NCBI RefSeq assembly: GCF_027533505.1
Contig: NZ_JAPZUB010000056.1
Coordinates: forward strand, 77-64,076
DNA: 64,000 bases
Origin: Flavobacterium sp.
GTDB lineage: Bacteria; Bacteroidota; Bacteroidia; Flavobacteriales; Flavobacteriaceae
Direction of reading: 5' to 3'
Part shown: positions 30,998-41,439 of the stretch, piece after piece
How positions within the stretch are numbered: the stretch's first letter is position 1
How the letters are laid out: each line of letters opens with the position of its first letter
Made by a program: the position numbers and the translations under genes
The notes under the pieces: model-generated
Seen by the model: the letters and a program-made list of their open reading frames with translations, nothing else
Told to the model about the DNA's origin: nothing
The model's database searches: none

Positions 30998-31327
30998 TTA
31001 AAATCCTAAATCACGTTCAATTTCCTCCATTTCGATGATGTCATGCGCTTCTTGCAGTGAAGGTACAACATGCAAATGCGCGGGTACAGCATTAAAGTCA
31101 ATGGCTTTCACCACAATTACAAAGGACTTTTTTCCTTTTTGATGGGTTTTAGCCAAAGGAGAAAAAAGTTTTACTGCGTTTACATCAACTTCGATATGCG
31201 TTAAATCAATAATTAGATTTTGGGGTACAAATTGCCCATGCTCACGGGTCACTTTGGCACAAAAATCGGCTACGGGTTCGACTGTATCCCGAACAATAGT
31301 GGTATGTCCTTTTGTTTCTACTTTCAT
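30998..31327 (-). CDS. Conserved Flavobacteriia hypothetical protein of the pyrB-rnz operon
   Basis: 109 aa ending VVPSLQEAHDIIEMEEIERDLGF; coupled to pyrB. Confidence 0.75.
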   Translation of the reverse strand: MKVETKGHTTIVRDTVEPVADFCAKVTREHGQFVPQNLIIDLTHIEVDVNAVKLFSPLAKTHQKGKKSFVIVVKAIDFNAVPAHLHVVPSLQEAHDIIEMEEIERDLGF

Positions 31328-32256
31328 TAGGGTTTTAATTTTGAAGCCAACAAATAAATGACCGCCATTCGAATAGCCACGCCATTTTCTACTTGATCCA
31401 AAATGACTGAATGGGCACCATCAGCGACTTCGGAGGTAATTTCAACTCCACGATTGATCGGCCCAGGGTGCATGATCACAATTTCTTTGGACAACGAATT
31501 CAAAAGCGCTTGATTGACGCCATATTGCTGCACATAGTCCCGCGTGGAAGGAAAATACGAAACATCCAAACGTTCGTTTTGAATACGAAGCATATTCGCC
31601 ACATCACACCATTCGAGGGCTTGACGCAAATTGGATTCTACTTTGACACCTAAACTTTCAATATACTTAGGAATGAGCGTTTTGGGGCCACATACACGTA
31701 CTTCGGCACCTTGCATTTGGAGGGCAAAAATATTGGAAAGCGCTACCCGCGAATGTAAAATATCGCCCACAATGACCACTTTTTTTCCAGCCACATCGCC
31801 CAAACGTTCGCGTATGGAATAGCTGTCAAGTAACGCTTGCGTAGGATGTTCATGAGCGCCATCGCCAGCGTTAATGATACTTGCATTGACATGTTGCGCC
31901 AAGAAATAAGCCGCGCCAGGGTGCGCATGACGCATGACCACCATATCTACTTTCATGGCCAAAATATTATTGACGGTATCGATAAGGGTCTCTCCTTTTT
32001 TGACCGACGATTGGGCTGCCGAAAAACTAATGACATCGGCTGACAAACGTTTTTGGGCCAATTCAAAGGATAACTTTGTACGGGTACTGTTTTCAAAAAA
32101 GATATTGGCAATGGTAATATCACGTAGGGATGGAACCTTTTTGATGGGTCGGTTGATCACTTCTTTAAAATGATCGGCGGTTTCAAAAATCAGTTGAATA
32201 TCTTGTGGTTTTAGATATTTGATGCCGAGCAAATGATGGACAGAAAGTTCAGACAT
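31327..32256 (-). CDS. pyrB: Aspartate carbamoyltransferase catalytic subunit
   Basis: Motifs FFENSTRT, HEHPTQALLD, GDILHSRV, LRIQNER and MHPGPINRG. Confidence 0.97.
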   Translation of the reverse strand: MSELSVHHLLGIKYLKPQDIQLIFETADHFKEVINRPIKKVPSLRDITIANIFFENSTRTKLSFELAQKRLSADVISFSAAQSSVKKGETLIDTVNNILAMKVDMVVMRHAHPGAAYFLAQHVNASIINAGDGAHEHPTQALLDSYSIRERLGDVAGKKVVIVGDILHSRVALSNIFALQMQGAEVRVCGPKTLIPKYIESLGVKVESNLRQALEWCDVANMLRIQNERLDVSYFPSTRDYVQQYGVNQALLNSLSKEIVIMHPGPINRGVEITSEVADGAHSVILDQVENGVAIRMAVIYLLASKLKP

Positions 32257-32268
32257 GGGTGTGTTGCA

Positions 32269-32811
32269 TTAAGGTTGTGTGACCAAATAAACGGCATCTT
32301 CGCCCTCTTTTTCTTGCCAACAAACTTTGACAACTTCATCGTTGATGGCATCTACTTGACGTCCGCGGTAATCGGGTTGAATGGGTAAATGACGGCTAAA
32401 TCTCCGGTCGATTAGGGTTAGTAACTCCACCTCCGAAGGACGCCCAAAGGATTGAATTGCTGTGAGCGCAGCGTTAATACTTCGTCCGGTGAACAAAACA
32501 TCATCTATGAAAACGACTTTTTGATTTTCAACCAAAAAATCGATTTGTGTTTTATTGGCCTCCAAAGGTTTTCCACTGCGACGGAAATCATCGCGAAAAA
32601 AAGTGATGTCTAAAAATCCCAACCGAATGGAGGTTACCCCGTAATCATTTTGCAACAATTGAGTTAACCGTTGCGCAAGATATTTACCTCTCGGTTGCAG
32701 TCCAATCAATACGGTATGCTGAAAATCGGAATGGTTCTCGATCAACTGACAAGCCAAACGATGCAGGATAATGTGTACTTCGGTAGCATTGAGTAGTAGT
32801 TTTTGACTCAT
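32269..32811 (-). CDS. pyrR: Pyrimidine regulatory protein / UPRT PyrR
   Basis: Motifs LDITFFRDD, IDDVLFTGRSI and DRRFSRHLPIQPDY. The ORF opens at 32868; ATG at 32811 is likely. Confidence 0.93.
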   Translation of the reverse strand: MSQKLLLNATEVHIILHRLACQLIENHSDFQHTVLIGLQPRGKYLAQRLTQLLQNDYGVTSIRLGFLDITFFRDDFRRSGKPLEANKTQIDFLVENQKVVFIDDVLFTGRSINAALTAIQSFGRPSEVELLTLIDRRFSRHLPIQPDYRGRQVDAINDEVVKVCWQEKEGEDAVYLVTQP

Positions 32812-32866
32812 GGAGAAGTGTGCTGTTTGGGTGGTAAAAGTACGGATTTTTTCTTCATCATCGTTC

Positions 32867-32893
32867 AAAAAAAATCCCCTGACGAGCAGGGGA
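32867..32893 (-). terminator. Intrinsic terminator after the glutathione peroxidase gene
   Basis: TCCCCTG-ACGAG-CAGGGGA stem with T8 on the minus strand. Confidence 0.7.
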
Positions 32894-32898
32894 AGCTA

Positions 32899-33495
32899 TT
32901 ATTTAGAAATCCAATCCACGATTTTGGCATCCATGGGCGAAATTTGAGGCGAAATCACTTGCTCCAAATGACCCTCGGTTCCGATGAGATACTTTTGAAA
33001 GTTCCACTCCACCCGACTGTCTTGCAACCCATTTCGGGCTTGTTGGGTAAGAAACTGATAGACTTCACACATATCACTACCTTTTACAGAAACCTTTGCC
33101 ATCATAGGAAAACTGACGCCGTAATTTTTTTGACAAAAAGACGCAATCTCCGCATTGGTTCCCGGTTCTTGTTGTCCAAAATTATTGGCTGGAAAACCCA
33201 CAATCACAAAGTTTTTATCTTTAAACTTTTGATACAAGGCTTCCAAGTCTTTGTACTGTGGTGTCAATCCACATTTGGAAGCGGTGTTCACAATTAAAAT
33301 TTTCTTTCCTTTTAAAGACGAAAAATCAAAGGTATTGCCTTCCAAATCTTCTACTTTAAATTGGTAAATCGTTTCTTTGGCCATAGGGGTTTCATTTTGT
33401 GTCGCTGGAATAGCTGCTTGGGCTATCGATGTTTCACTTTGTTTGCATGAAAGCAAACCGTAAATTAAGGCAACGGTGATTAATTTTAGTTTCAT
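32899..33495 (-). CDS. Glutathione peroxidase family lipoprotein (Cys type)
   Basis: Lipobox LLSC; motifs VNTASKCGLTPQY, GFPANNFGQQEPG and WNFQKYL. Confidence 0.92.
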   Translation of the reverse strand: MKLKLITVALIYGLLSCKQSETSIAQAAIPATQNETPMAKETIYQFKVEDLEGNTFDFSSLKGKKILIVNTASKCGLTPQYKDLEALYQKFKDKNFVIVGFPANNFGQQEPGTNAEIASFCQKNYGVSFPMMAKVSVKGSDMCEVYQFLTQQARNGLQDSRVEWNFQKYLIGTEGHLEQVISPQISPMDAKIVDWISK

Positions 33496-33583
33496 GAATT
33501 ATTTTTGTTTAAAAATACAATAAAAAAATTAAACACTTTTGCCAAGCACCTCCAAAATTTATGTTAATTTTCAAAAAAATAAA

Positions 33584-33607
33584 ATCCAAAAGATTCGAAC
33601 TTACGTA
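33584..33607 (+). promoter_or_regulatory. Candidate autoregulatory ECF promoter (ATCC-N16-CGTA)
   Basis: ATCC at 33584 and CGTA at 33604, upstream of the ECF sigma gene; ECF genes are commonly autoregulated. Confidence 0.35.
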
Positions 33608-33653
33608 GATGATGTAACTCTAAATAAAATTTGTGAAACTAATAGACGCTATT

Positions 33654-34187
33654 ATGACCCAGGAACAATTGATTCCGCTCTTACAAAATAAGGACGAGCG
33701 GGCTTTTACTACGATGTATGACATGTATTCCAAAAGTTTATTTGCGGTGATTTCGAATTTAATTAAAGATTCGGAAGAAGCCGAAGATGTGCTGCAGGAA
33801 GCTTTTGTCAAAATTTGGAAAAACATCGACACATACAACGACAGCAAAGGTCGTTTTTACACTTGGATTTTAAACATTGCTCGAAACACGGCCATCGACA
33901 AACTCCGCTCTAAAGGCTATAACAACAGCCAAAAAAACCTATCAGTAGAAAACTTCGTATCTATGGTAGGAGACAACAGTCGCATGAACCATCGCATAGA
34001 CACTATTGGGATTAAAGATTTTGTGAAAAAATTAAAACCCAAATGCATCCAGTTGTTGGATTTGTTGTTTTTCAAGGGATATACCCAGCAAGAGGCTTCT
34101 GAAGAATTGAATCTTCCTCTTGGAACGGTAAAAACCCAAAATCGGAATTGTATAAATGATTTAAGAACGTATTTGAACGTATCATGA
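33654..34187 (+). CDS. ECF RNA polymerase sigma factor
   Basis: Region 2 AEDVLQEAFVKIW...TWILNIARN.AID and region 4 TQQEASEELNLPLGTVKT. The ORF opens at 33633. Confidence 0.93.
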   Translation: MTQEQLIPLLQNKDERAFTTMYDMYSKSLFAVISNLIKDSEEAEDVLQEAFVKIWKNIDTYNDSKGRFYTWILNIARNTAIDKLRSKGYNNSQKNLSVENFVSMVGDNSRMNHRIDTIGIKDFVKKLKPKCIQLLDLLFFKGYTQQEASEELNLPLGTVKTQNRNCINDLRTYLNVS

Positions 34188-34972
34188 AAGCAGCAGAAAT
34201 AATTGAATCTGGACAACTCGAATTGTATGTGTACGGCGTTTTAACGACTGAAGAAACGGCAGCAATTGCGTCACTAGCAAAAAAAGAAAATGAGGTTAAT
34301 GAGGAAATCATTGCCATTGAAAAATCGGTTATTAACCTTTCCTCAAGTTTGGCTCCTGCCCTATCTGCGGGCGTATTTGAACGGTTAAAAACTTCTTTAG
34401 CACTCACATCAACCTCTGTTATCCCAATACCGCGTCGTCGTAACACGACCATGTACCTGGGTTGGGCCGCTTCGATTGCTTTGCTATTGGGTGTCGTTTT
34501 CCAGTACAACCAAACTAACGAAGTGACGACACAATTGAAATCGACCGAAACGGAAAAATCGAATTTACAAAAATCGGTTGTCACGTTAACCCTTGAAAAG
34601 CAACAAACAGAAGTCGCTTTGCAGGTGATTCGCGATCGTCAAAATACAGTCGTTGCCTTGGCAGGGCAAACCGTTGCACCGCAAGCCACAGCGACTATTT
34701 ATTGGAATCAAAAGACACAACAAGTTTATGTCGATGTCTCGGGATTGCCTGAGCCGCCCCAAGGAAAAGTCTATCAAATATGGTCGTTAAAGTTAACCCC
34801 AACACTCACGCCAACGAGCATAGGTTTACTCAACGATTTTACCAAAAATTCAGCTAAAGTTTTTGCCGTGGAAACTACGGATGATGCCCAAGCTTTTGGA
34901 ATTACTCTTGAACCTGCGGGAGGTAGCGCCACACCTACTATGGAGCAATTGTATACCCTCGGAAAAGTCTAA
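34184..34972 (+). CDS. Anti-sigma factor, RskA type
   Basis: N-terminal SGQLELYVYG, one TM, and C-terminal GKVYQIW...FGITLEPAGGS..PT; overlaps the sigma stop. Confidence 0.88.
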   Translation: MKAAEIIESGQLELYVYGVLTTEETAAIASLAKKENEVNEEIIAIEKSVINLSSSLAPALSAGVFERLKTSLALTSTSVIPIPRRRNTTMYLGWAASIALLLGVVFQYNQTNEVTTQLKSTETEKSNLQKSVVTLTLEKQQTEVALQVIRDRQNTVVALAGQTVAPQATATIYWNQKTQQVYVDVSGLPEPPQGKVYQIWSLKLTPTLTPTSIGLLNDFTKNSAKVFAVETTDDAQAFGITLEPAGGSATPTMEQLYTLGKV

Positions 34973-34994
34973 CCCTTTCAACACCCCAAATCCA

Positions 34995-35029
34995 AAAAAA
35001 GGTTCAACACATAAAGTTGAACCTTTTTT
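34995..35029. terminator. Bidirectional intrinsic terminator
   Basis: AAAAAAGGTTCAAC-ACATAAA-GTTGAACCTTTTTT, a perfect inverted repeat between convergent genes. Confidence 0.85.
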
Positions 35030-35041
35030 CATTATAATATG

Positions 35042-38000
35042 TTAGGCTTTTTTGGGCTTCGCGTATAGCTTTCGATAGCGCCAAAACACAAAAGAGGCAA
35101 ACACCATAAAGACGACAAAAATCCGAATGTAGATGTCAACATTTTGTTTTTCTCCAGTCGCATACGAGTGCATGCCTGTAAGGTGGAAATTGACCCCAAA
35201 ATAGGTCATTAAAATAGACGCAAAGGCCAAAACACTCATAAAGTTAAATGCAAACAAACCGCGTAAACCAGGAACCAATCGAGCGTGAATCACAAAAGCA
35301 TACACCATAATACTGATCAAAGCCCAAGTTTCTTTCGGGTCCCAGCCCCAATAACGACCCCAACTTTCATTGGCCCACTGTCCACCCAAAAAGTTACCAA
35401 TGGTCAATAGCACTAATCCAATGGTTAAGGCCATTTCGTTGATATAGGTAATTTCTTTGATATGCAATTCCATGGCATTTTTGTTTTTGGCCGTGGTCAC
35501 CAGCATCAAGAACATGGCTACGATTCCCAAAATCATTCCCAAAGTAAAGGGTCCGTAACTGGCCACAATGACGGCCACGTGAATCATCAACCAATAGGAA
35601 TTTAATACGGGTTGTAAATTGGCAATCTGTGGATCCATCCAACTCATGTGCGCTACCATCAAAATCATCGAAGCTACAAAGGTTCCCGCAGCAATGGTTA
35701 ATTTTGACTTTTTATCAAACGCTAAAGTGAAAAACATGGTCGCCCACGCCACATATATCATACTTTCATACGCATCACTCCAAGGCGCATGTCCCGATAC
35801 ATACCAGCGGGCAATCAACCCCAAAGTATGGGTTGCAAACAGAAGACCAATAATCACATGAAAAGTAGTGATCGCATAGCGCAACGGTTTGTTGTTGGTG
35901 AAAATTTGAACAATCACTAAAATCAACATGAGGCTCCCCGCCAACATATACCAAGTGAACAAACTTCGAAATACATCGTATTTGTTCAACAGTATTTCGG
36001 AGGTAATTTGATCATCGGAGGGACGAACGGCTTTACCAAACTTCTTCTGGTAATCTTCAATCCCCTGAAGCAAGGTATTGGCCATCGTGTAATTTTGGGT
36101 AGTAGCGCCTTTTCCTAATTCATTGAGATAATAGGGAAATGCGTTTTTAATTTTATCCAAATCGGTTCCCGTGGGTTGATTGATTTCCATAAAGGATACC
36201 CACTTATTCCCTTTGTCGTTGGGTACTGGGAATATTTTCAAAATTCCCCCGTACATCGCGCTAAACATGAGATTGATTTTTTTATCGGCCTCTACAAAGT
36301 CTTTTTGAAAGTTGTTGGGATTGGTCGTTTTGTAAGCGTCCTCAAGGTATGGCGATAACTTGTAATTCCCTTCAGGTGTAATAAAATCTTTAAATCGAAC
36401 GTATTTTGCTTCTTTGTCTACCCCGATTAACTTACGAATGCTGTCGTTCCCGCGTTTCAAATAGATGATGGGTAAATTTTCCCAAGCTTTCGGATACATG
36501 ACCATAGAAAGAAATACCTGATCGGCATTGAGTCCTTCATACGTATCGCTTTTACTCACTTTTCGCAATAATTCAGAAGAAAACGTATTTACAGGTTTCA
36601 TGCGTCCGCCTTCATCTTGAATGACCAAGCGTCCAAATTGTGCGGCTTGTTTCTCAGGAACCGCATATTTTTTTACCGAATCCAAGTAATTGAACACAAC
36701 CTCTTTTTTGGGCTTGGCAGGCGCATGTTGGTGTCCGTCATGATCAGAATGTTGCGCAGCTAGTGACCCTGATAAGCCAAACAACAATAGCAGTGTTAAG
36801 GCCGCTTTTTGTTCTTTGAGTTGCCCTAACTTTCGTTTTAAATTGGCAAAGCGTGTGTTTTTGTCGAATAAAATGGCCAACATGGCAAAAAACAGTAAGA
36901 AATAACCAATGTAGGTAATCAATGTTCCCCAAAAATCATGGTTTACTGAAAGAATTGTTCCTTTTTCATCGGGATCGAAGGAGGATTGGAAAAAACGGTA
37001 GCCTCCATAATCTAATATATGGTTCATGTAAATCTCGGCATCGGTCTTTTTCGCTTTATCAATAACGGTAACGATACTCTTGAAAGCAGAATAACTTTTC
37101 TCTGTCCCTGGATATTTATCAGCGATAAAATCGTTCAACTTCATAGAGAACGGCAATTCATAAACCTTACTTCCAAATTGGAGTGTAAACTCTAAATCCC
37201 CAACTTTAATGATGCGGGGCTCCCCTGTTTTTCCTTTTGAGCCTACTAAAGTCACTCGTTCCGTTTTACCTCCGGTGTGAATTTTAACCGTAAGAGCGTC
37301 ATCAGCGTTTTTGGCTTTGTAATCACCCCCAGAGACAAAATCTTTTACACCACGCATCGGAGGTTCAGGAAAAACAAACTGTGAACCTCCCACGTTATAT
37401 AAGGAGCGGAGCATCAATGCCGCTTCGGTATTGGCTGTTACCTCGCCTTTCAACTGGTCGGCCATGCGCATGAAGTTGCCCGCAAACGGCGTTTTTAGGG
37501 TTGTATTTGTGGCATCGGAAGTGATATTGATGGCGCCTTCCATGGGTTTGTTAAAGGCAAATAACAAGCCGTGGATGCTTTGCACTTCGCCTTCAGCAAG
37601 GTAATGTTCGTGTCGTTCGCCGTTGCCTGCCTCAACCAATTTGAAATACAATTTCCCTTTTGGATCAGCTTTGATCGATTCCTTGACATTCATCAAAAAA
37701 CTGTCGTATTCAATGGTAAATGGTACCGTGTCAAAACGTTCTTCGAGGGCAAAATGATTGGAGGCAAAAGGGGGATACACCGCTTCAGAAAGAATCAGTG
37801 GTTTTTCTAAAATACGCCGTTTTAATTCCCCTTTGTAATTTCCATCCACCAAAACGGTAAGGAAAGTTCGATCGGAATAAAACTGATTAGCACTTTCCCC
37901 TTCGCGTATGGGCATCATCCCCTCATAACTGATGTAACGGGTGATTCCTGCGCCAATAATGATAAATATAAAGGAAAGGTGGAGTAACAATGTAGCCCAA

Positions 38001-38227
38001 TTTTTGCGCAAATGCAATTGGTAGCGCTTGATGTTTCCAATAAAGTTAATTAAAAAAAAGAATAGAATAAGCTCAAACCAGCGGGTATTATACACCCAAA
38101 TCCGAGCGGTGTCGGTATTGTAGGCACTCTCAATAAACGTTCCCGCTGCCATAGCGGCGGCATAAACTATGAATAAAACCGCCATTAAACGGGTAGAAAA
38201 CAAGAGCGCAAGAATTCGATTCGCCAT
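35042..38227 (-). CDS. ccsA: Fused system II cytochrome c biogenesis protein CcsBA
   Basis: ResB-like N-terminal half; C-terminal WLMIHV and the WWD domain WANESWGRYWGWDPKETW. Confidence 0.92.
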   Translation of the reverse strand: MANRILALLFSTRLMAVLFIVYAAAMAAGTFIESAYNTDTARIWVYNTRWFELILFFFLINFIGNIKRYQLHLRKNWATLLLHLSFIFIIIGAGITRYISYEGMMPIREGESANQFYSDRTFLTVLVDGNYKGELKRRILEKPLILSEAVYPPFASNHFALEERFDTVPFTIEYDSFLMNVKESIKADPKGKLYFKLVEAGNGERHEHYLAEGEVQSIHGLLFAFNKPMEGAINITSDATNTTLKTPFAGNFMRMADQLKGEVTANTEAALMLRSLYNVGGSQFVFPEPPMRGVKDFVSGGDYKAKNADDALTVKIHTGGKTERVTLVGSKGKTGEPRIIKVGDLEFTLQFGSKVYELPFSMKLNDFIADKYPGTEKSYSAFKSIVTVIDKAKKTDAEIYMNHILDYGGYRFFQSSFDPDEKGTILSVNHDFWGTLITYIGYFLLFFAMLAILFDKNTRFANLKRKLGQLKEQKAALTLLLLFGLSGSLAAQHSDHDGHQHAPAKPKKEVVFNYLDSVKKYAVPEKQAAQFGRLVIQDEGGRMKPVNTFSSELLRKVSKSDTYEGLNADQVFLSMVMYPKAWENLPIIYLKRGNDSIRKLIGVDKEAKYVRFKDFITPEGNYKLSPYLEDAYKTTNPNNFQKDFVEADKKINLMFSAMYGGILKIFPVPNDKGNKWVSFMEINQPTGTDLDKIKNAFPYYLNELGKGATTQNYTMANTLLQGIEDYQKKFGKAVRPSDDQITSEILLNKYDVFRSLFTWYMLAGSLMLILVIVQIFTNNKPLRYAITTFHVIIGLLFATHTLGLIARWYVSGHAPWSDAYESMIYVAWATMFFTLAFDKKSKLTIAAGTFVASMILMVAHMSWMDPQIANLQPVLNSYWLMIHVAVIVASYGPFTLGMILGIVAMFLMLVTTAKNKNAMELHIKEITYINEMALTIGLVLLTIGNFLGGQWANESWGRYWGWDPKETWALISIMVYAFVIHARLVPGLRGLFAFNFMSVLAFASILMTYFGVNFHLTGMHSYATGEKQNVDIYIRIFVVFMVFASFVFWRYRKLYAKPKKA

Positions 38228-38367
38228 TTTATTTTAAAATTTACGCAAAAGTAACGCAAAAAATAAAACACATCGTGGCGAAAGGATGGAATTTAAAGGA
38301 ATATTAGGAAATGTTGTGAAAGCATGCATCAATTGGGAAATTCCCTTTTTTTACTACCTTTACGACC

Positions 38368-39117
38368 ATGATACGATTGGTCATTATTGGCTCCGGAAAT
38401 GTGGCACAGCATCTGATTCAAGCATTTGAAAAATCGCTGGTTCAGGTGGTTGCTCGTCACCCAGAAGCGTTACATTCGCTTGCAATCCCTTGTCCCGTAG
38501 TGACTTCGCTAGACGAGGTGGCCGACGCAGATGTGTATCTGCTTGCCGTGAGTGATCATGCTATTGCCTCTTTGGCGCATGAAATTCCAGGGTCGGGGAA
38601 ATTGGTGGTGCACACCTCGGGCGCAACGGGAATGCAGGTACTTCCCAAGCACCATCGCTTTGGCGTATTATATCCATTACAAACCTTCACCAAAGGAAAA
38701 GCATTGGATTACAGCATCATCCCCTTTTGCCTAGAAGCTGAGAAAAAGGAAGACTATATCCTTTTGGAGCAACTTGCACGTACCGTTTCTAATACCATTT
38801 TTCCCATCGATGAACAGCAGCGCTTGGCCTTGCATTTGGCGGCAGTTTTTGTATGCAATTTCACGAATCATTTGTACCAATTGGGCGCTGACCTTTGTGT
38901 TGCGCAGGGTGTTTCCTTTGATGTGCTTAAACCCTTAATCATGGAAACCGCGGCCAAAGTACAAATTCTAACTCCAGCCCAAGCCCAAACCGGACCAGCC
39001 CTTCGGGGTGATACAGTCACATTGGATCGCCATCAATCGATGCTTACACAACCTTATCCTAAAGAAATTTATCAATTACTCACCCAATCTATAATTGATT
39101 ATGTCCAAAAGCTATAA
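38368..39117 (+). CDS. Rossmann-like / DUF2520 domain protein
   Basis: Motifs IIGSGNVA, AVSDHAI, HTSGA, YPLQTF and QTGPALRGD. Confidence 0.88.
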   Translation: MIRLVIIGSGNVAQHLIQAFEKSLVQVVARHPEALHSLAIPCPVVTSLDEVADADVYLLAVSDHAIASLAHEIPGSGKLVVHTSGATGMQVLPKHHRFGVLYPLQTFTKGKALDYSIIPFCLEAEKKEDYILLEQLARTVSNTIFPIDEQQRLALHLAAVFVCNFTNHLYQLGADLCVAQGVSFDVLKPLIMETAAKVQILTPAQAQTGPALRGDTVTLDRHQSMLTQPYPKEIYQLLTQSIIDYVQKL

Positions 39118-39628
39118 AGAAGTAATGAATGCCATTACGACATTTGTCTTTGATGTTGACGGAGTTTTAACCGACGGCACCGTGCACGTGTCTCCAACGG
39201 GTGAAATGCTCCGTGAAATGCATATTCGCGATGGTTTTGCAATGAAAGCAGCCCTTGAAAGTGGGTATTCGGTTTGCATAATTTCGGGGGGAAGTAATGA
39301 AGGCGTGCGGATTCGTTTACGCAATTTGGGCATTACGGATATTTATTTGGGTACGCCCGACAAGGTAGAAACCTTCAAAGAATACTGTGAACTATACCAA
39401 ATCAACCCGGCACACGTTTTGTATATGGGCGATGACATTCCCGATTTTCATGTGATGCAACGCGTTGGGTTACCCACTTGTCCTCAAGATGCAAGTCCCG
39501 AAATCAAGGCGATTTCCCACTACATTTCGCACAAACACGGTGGAAAAGGAGCTGTACGGGATGTTATTGAACAAGTAATGAAAGTACAAGGCAAATGGCT
39601 CGCCTATTATAATGGCCAACACGATTAA
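39101..39628 (+). CDS. kdsC: KdsC-family HAD phosphatase
   Basis: Motifs FDVDGVLTDG, DGFA, ISGG, YMGDDIPD and GGKGAVRDVIE. Confidence 0.88.
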   Translation: MSKSYKEVMNAITTFVFDVDGVLTDGTVHVSPTGEMLREMHIRDGFAMKAALESGYSVCIISGGSNEGVRIRLRNLGITDIYLGTPDKVETFKEYCELYQINPAHVLYMGDDIPDFHVMQRVGLPTCPQDASPEIKAISHYISHKHGGKGAVRDVIEQVMKVQGKWLAYYNGQHD

Positions 39629-39655
39629 TTTTTAAAGACATTCGATTACACAACC

Positions 39656-40591
39656 ATGAACTATTTCAAACTTATACGGTTTCAAAATTTGCTTTTACTT
39701 GCCTTCATGCTTCTCATTTTTCGGTATGGATTTTTGATGCAACAAAACATTTTTTTAGCATTGACCGACTTTGAATACAGTCTTTTCATTTTGGCCATGG
39801 TTTGCATCGCGGCTGGAGGCTATGTCATCAATGATATTTTTGATCAAGAGGTGGATGCAGTTAACAAACCGGAACGCCGTATCATTGGCGTTTCCATTTC
39901 GGAAGAAAAAGGCTATTATGCCTACGGAGCGCTCTCGATTTTAGGTGTAGCCTTGGGTTTTTATTTATCTAATGTGATTGAAAAACCCGGATTTGCGGTC
40001 TTCTACGTCTTGGTGGTCGCCCTATTGTATGTGTATGCCGCTTCACTCAAACAAATGCCTGTCATTGGAAATTTGGTAGTGGCATTATTGGCTGGCGCGA
40101 GCATCCTCTTTATTGTGATTTTTGATTTGTACCCCGTGACGTATGACGGCAATCGGCAAACGATGAAAGTAATGTTTGATATGCTCAAGGATTACGCGCT
40201 ATTTGCTGTGGTGCTTACCTTTTTACGTGAAATAATTAAAGATCAAGAAGATATTGAAGGAGACCAACGCGAAGGATTGCAGACCCTACCCATTGTTTTA
40301 GGTCAACGAAAAACAAATTACATTACCGCAAGTATTGCACTCGCCGCGGGTGCTGTTTTACTGCTCTACACGTTTACCCAAGTATTGGAATATAAACTTT
40401 GGATTACCGTAATTTATGCTACGGTTACGGTGATTGCCCCCTTATTTTGGGTGGCGATTAAGGCGTGGGCAGCGCGTGCAAAAGCCGATTATCGATTGAT
40501 GAGTCGCGTACTCAAATTGATTTTCTTTTTCGGTATACTTTCCATAGCAGTACTCACCTACAACGTGATTCAAAATGCCAAAATCGTTTAA
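39656..40591 (+). CDS. UbiA-family prenyltransferase (DGGGP-synthase-like)
   Basis: Multi-TM protein with the aspartate-rich motifs INDIFDQEVD.VNKP.R and REIIKDQEDIEGD. Confidence 0.88.
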   Translation: MNYFKLIRFQNLLLLAFMLLIFRYGFLMQQNIFLALTDFEYSLFILAMVCIAAGGYVINDIFDQEVDAVNKPERRIIGVSISEEKGYYAYGALSILGVALGFYLSNVIEKPGFAVFYVLVVALLYVYAASLKQMPVIGNLVVALLAGASILFIVIFDLYPVTYDGNRQTMKVMFDMLKDYALFAVVLTFLREIIKDQEDIEGDQREGLQTLPIVLGQRKTNYITASIALAAGAVLLLYTFTQVLEYKLWITVIYATVTVIAPLFWVAIKAWAARAKADYRLMSRVLKLIFFFGILSIAVLTYNVIQNAKIV

Positions 40592-41174
40592 AATCATCCT
40601 TGCTTCGGGTTCGCCCCGACGGCAACAGTTTTTTAAGGAATTGGATTTGAACTTTGAAATTCGACTGAAAGAAATTGACGAAGTATATCCTGAAACCTTG
40701 CGCGCAGAGGAAATCACCAATTATATTGCTCGCGAAAAAGCCCGCGCATTTGAAGGTTCACTTGCCGACGACGAATTGCTAATTACCAGCGACACCTTAG
40801 TTTGGCTCAACGATCGTGCCTTGGGAAAACCCAAAGATTATGACGACGCTGTAGCCATGTTGCAACAACTATCGGGTGTAACGCATGAAGTGATTACCTC
40901 CGTGTGTTTTAAAACGTCAGCCTCTGAAGCGTTGTTATTTGATAAAACAAAAGTAACCTTTGCTTCGCTCGATTTGGAGGCCATTCACTACTACCTCAAC
41001 CGATACCAACCCTTTGATAAGGCGGGTGCTTATGGAATTCAGGATTGGATTGGACTGGTCGGTATTGCCAAAATCGAAGGTTCCTACACCAATGTCGTTG
41101 GCTTACCCACTGAAAAAGTTTATCGCTTTTTAACAACACACTACTTAAAAATAGTTGTACTTTTAAAGGGATAA
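40575..41174 (+). CDS. maf: Maf-family nucleoside triphosphate pyrophosphatase
   Basis: Motifs ILASGSPRR, SDT, LGKP, DKAGAYGIQ and NVVGLP. Confidence 0.92.
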   Translation: MPKSFKIILASGSPRRQQFFKELDLNFEIRLKEIDEVYPETLRAEEITNYIAREKARAFEGSLADDELLITSDTLVWLNDRALGKPKDYDDAVAMLQQLSGVTHEVITSVCFKTSASEALLFDKTKVTFASLDLEAIHYYLNRYQPFDKAGAYGIQDWIGLVGIAKIEGSYTNVVGLPTEKVYRFLTTHYLKIVVLLKG

Positions 41175-41192
41175 AAAATACCGATTCAATAC

Positions 41193-41438
41193 ATGGAAAC
41201 GGAACAAGAGCTTAATGCCAAGATTTTAAAAATTACCATGGTGATTCGCGATAATTATCCCGAATTGCATCACTACCTCAACGAAATGCCTGTCACAATT
41301 CCGGTGGATCAAAATCCGGAAATTAATGTACAACATTTAAAAAAATACTACGATTCCTTGGTGGCGATTTTTCGGAATTATGTAGCCGAACACCAACTCA
41401 ATTACATCAACCAACGTAACGCAGAAGGTCATTTATAA
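41193..41438 (+). CDS. Small conserved hypothetical protein
   Basis: 81-aa ORF (YPELHHYLNEMPVTIP) in operon spacing with mscS. Confidence 0.7.
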   Translation: METEQELNAKILKITMVIRDNYPELHHYLNEMPVTIPVDQNPEINVQHLKKYYDSLVAIFRNYVAEHQLNYINQRNAEGHL

Positions 41439-41439
41439 T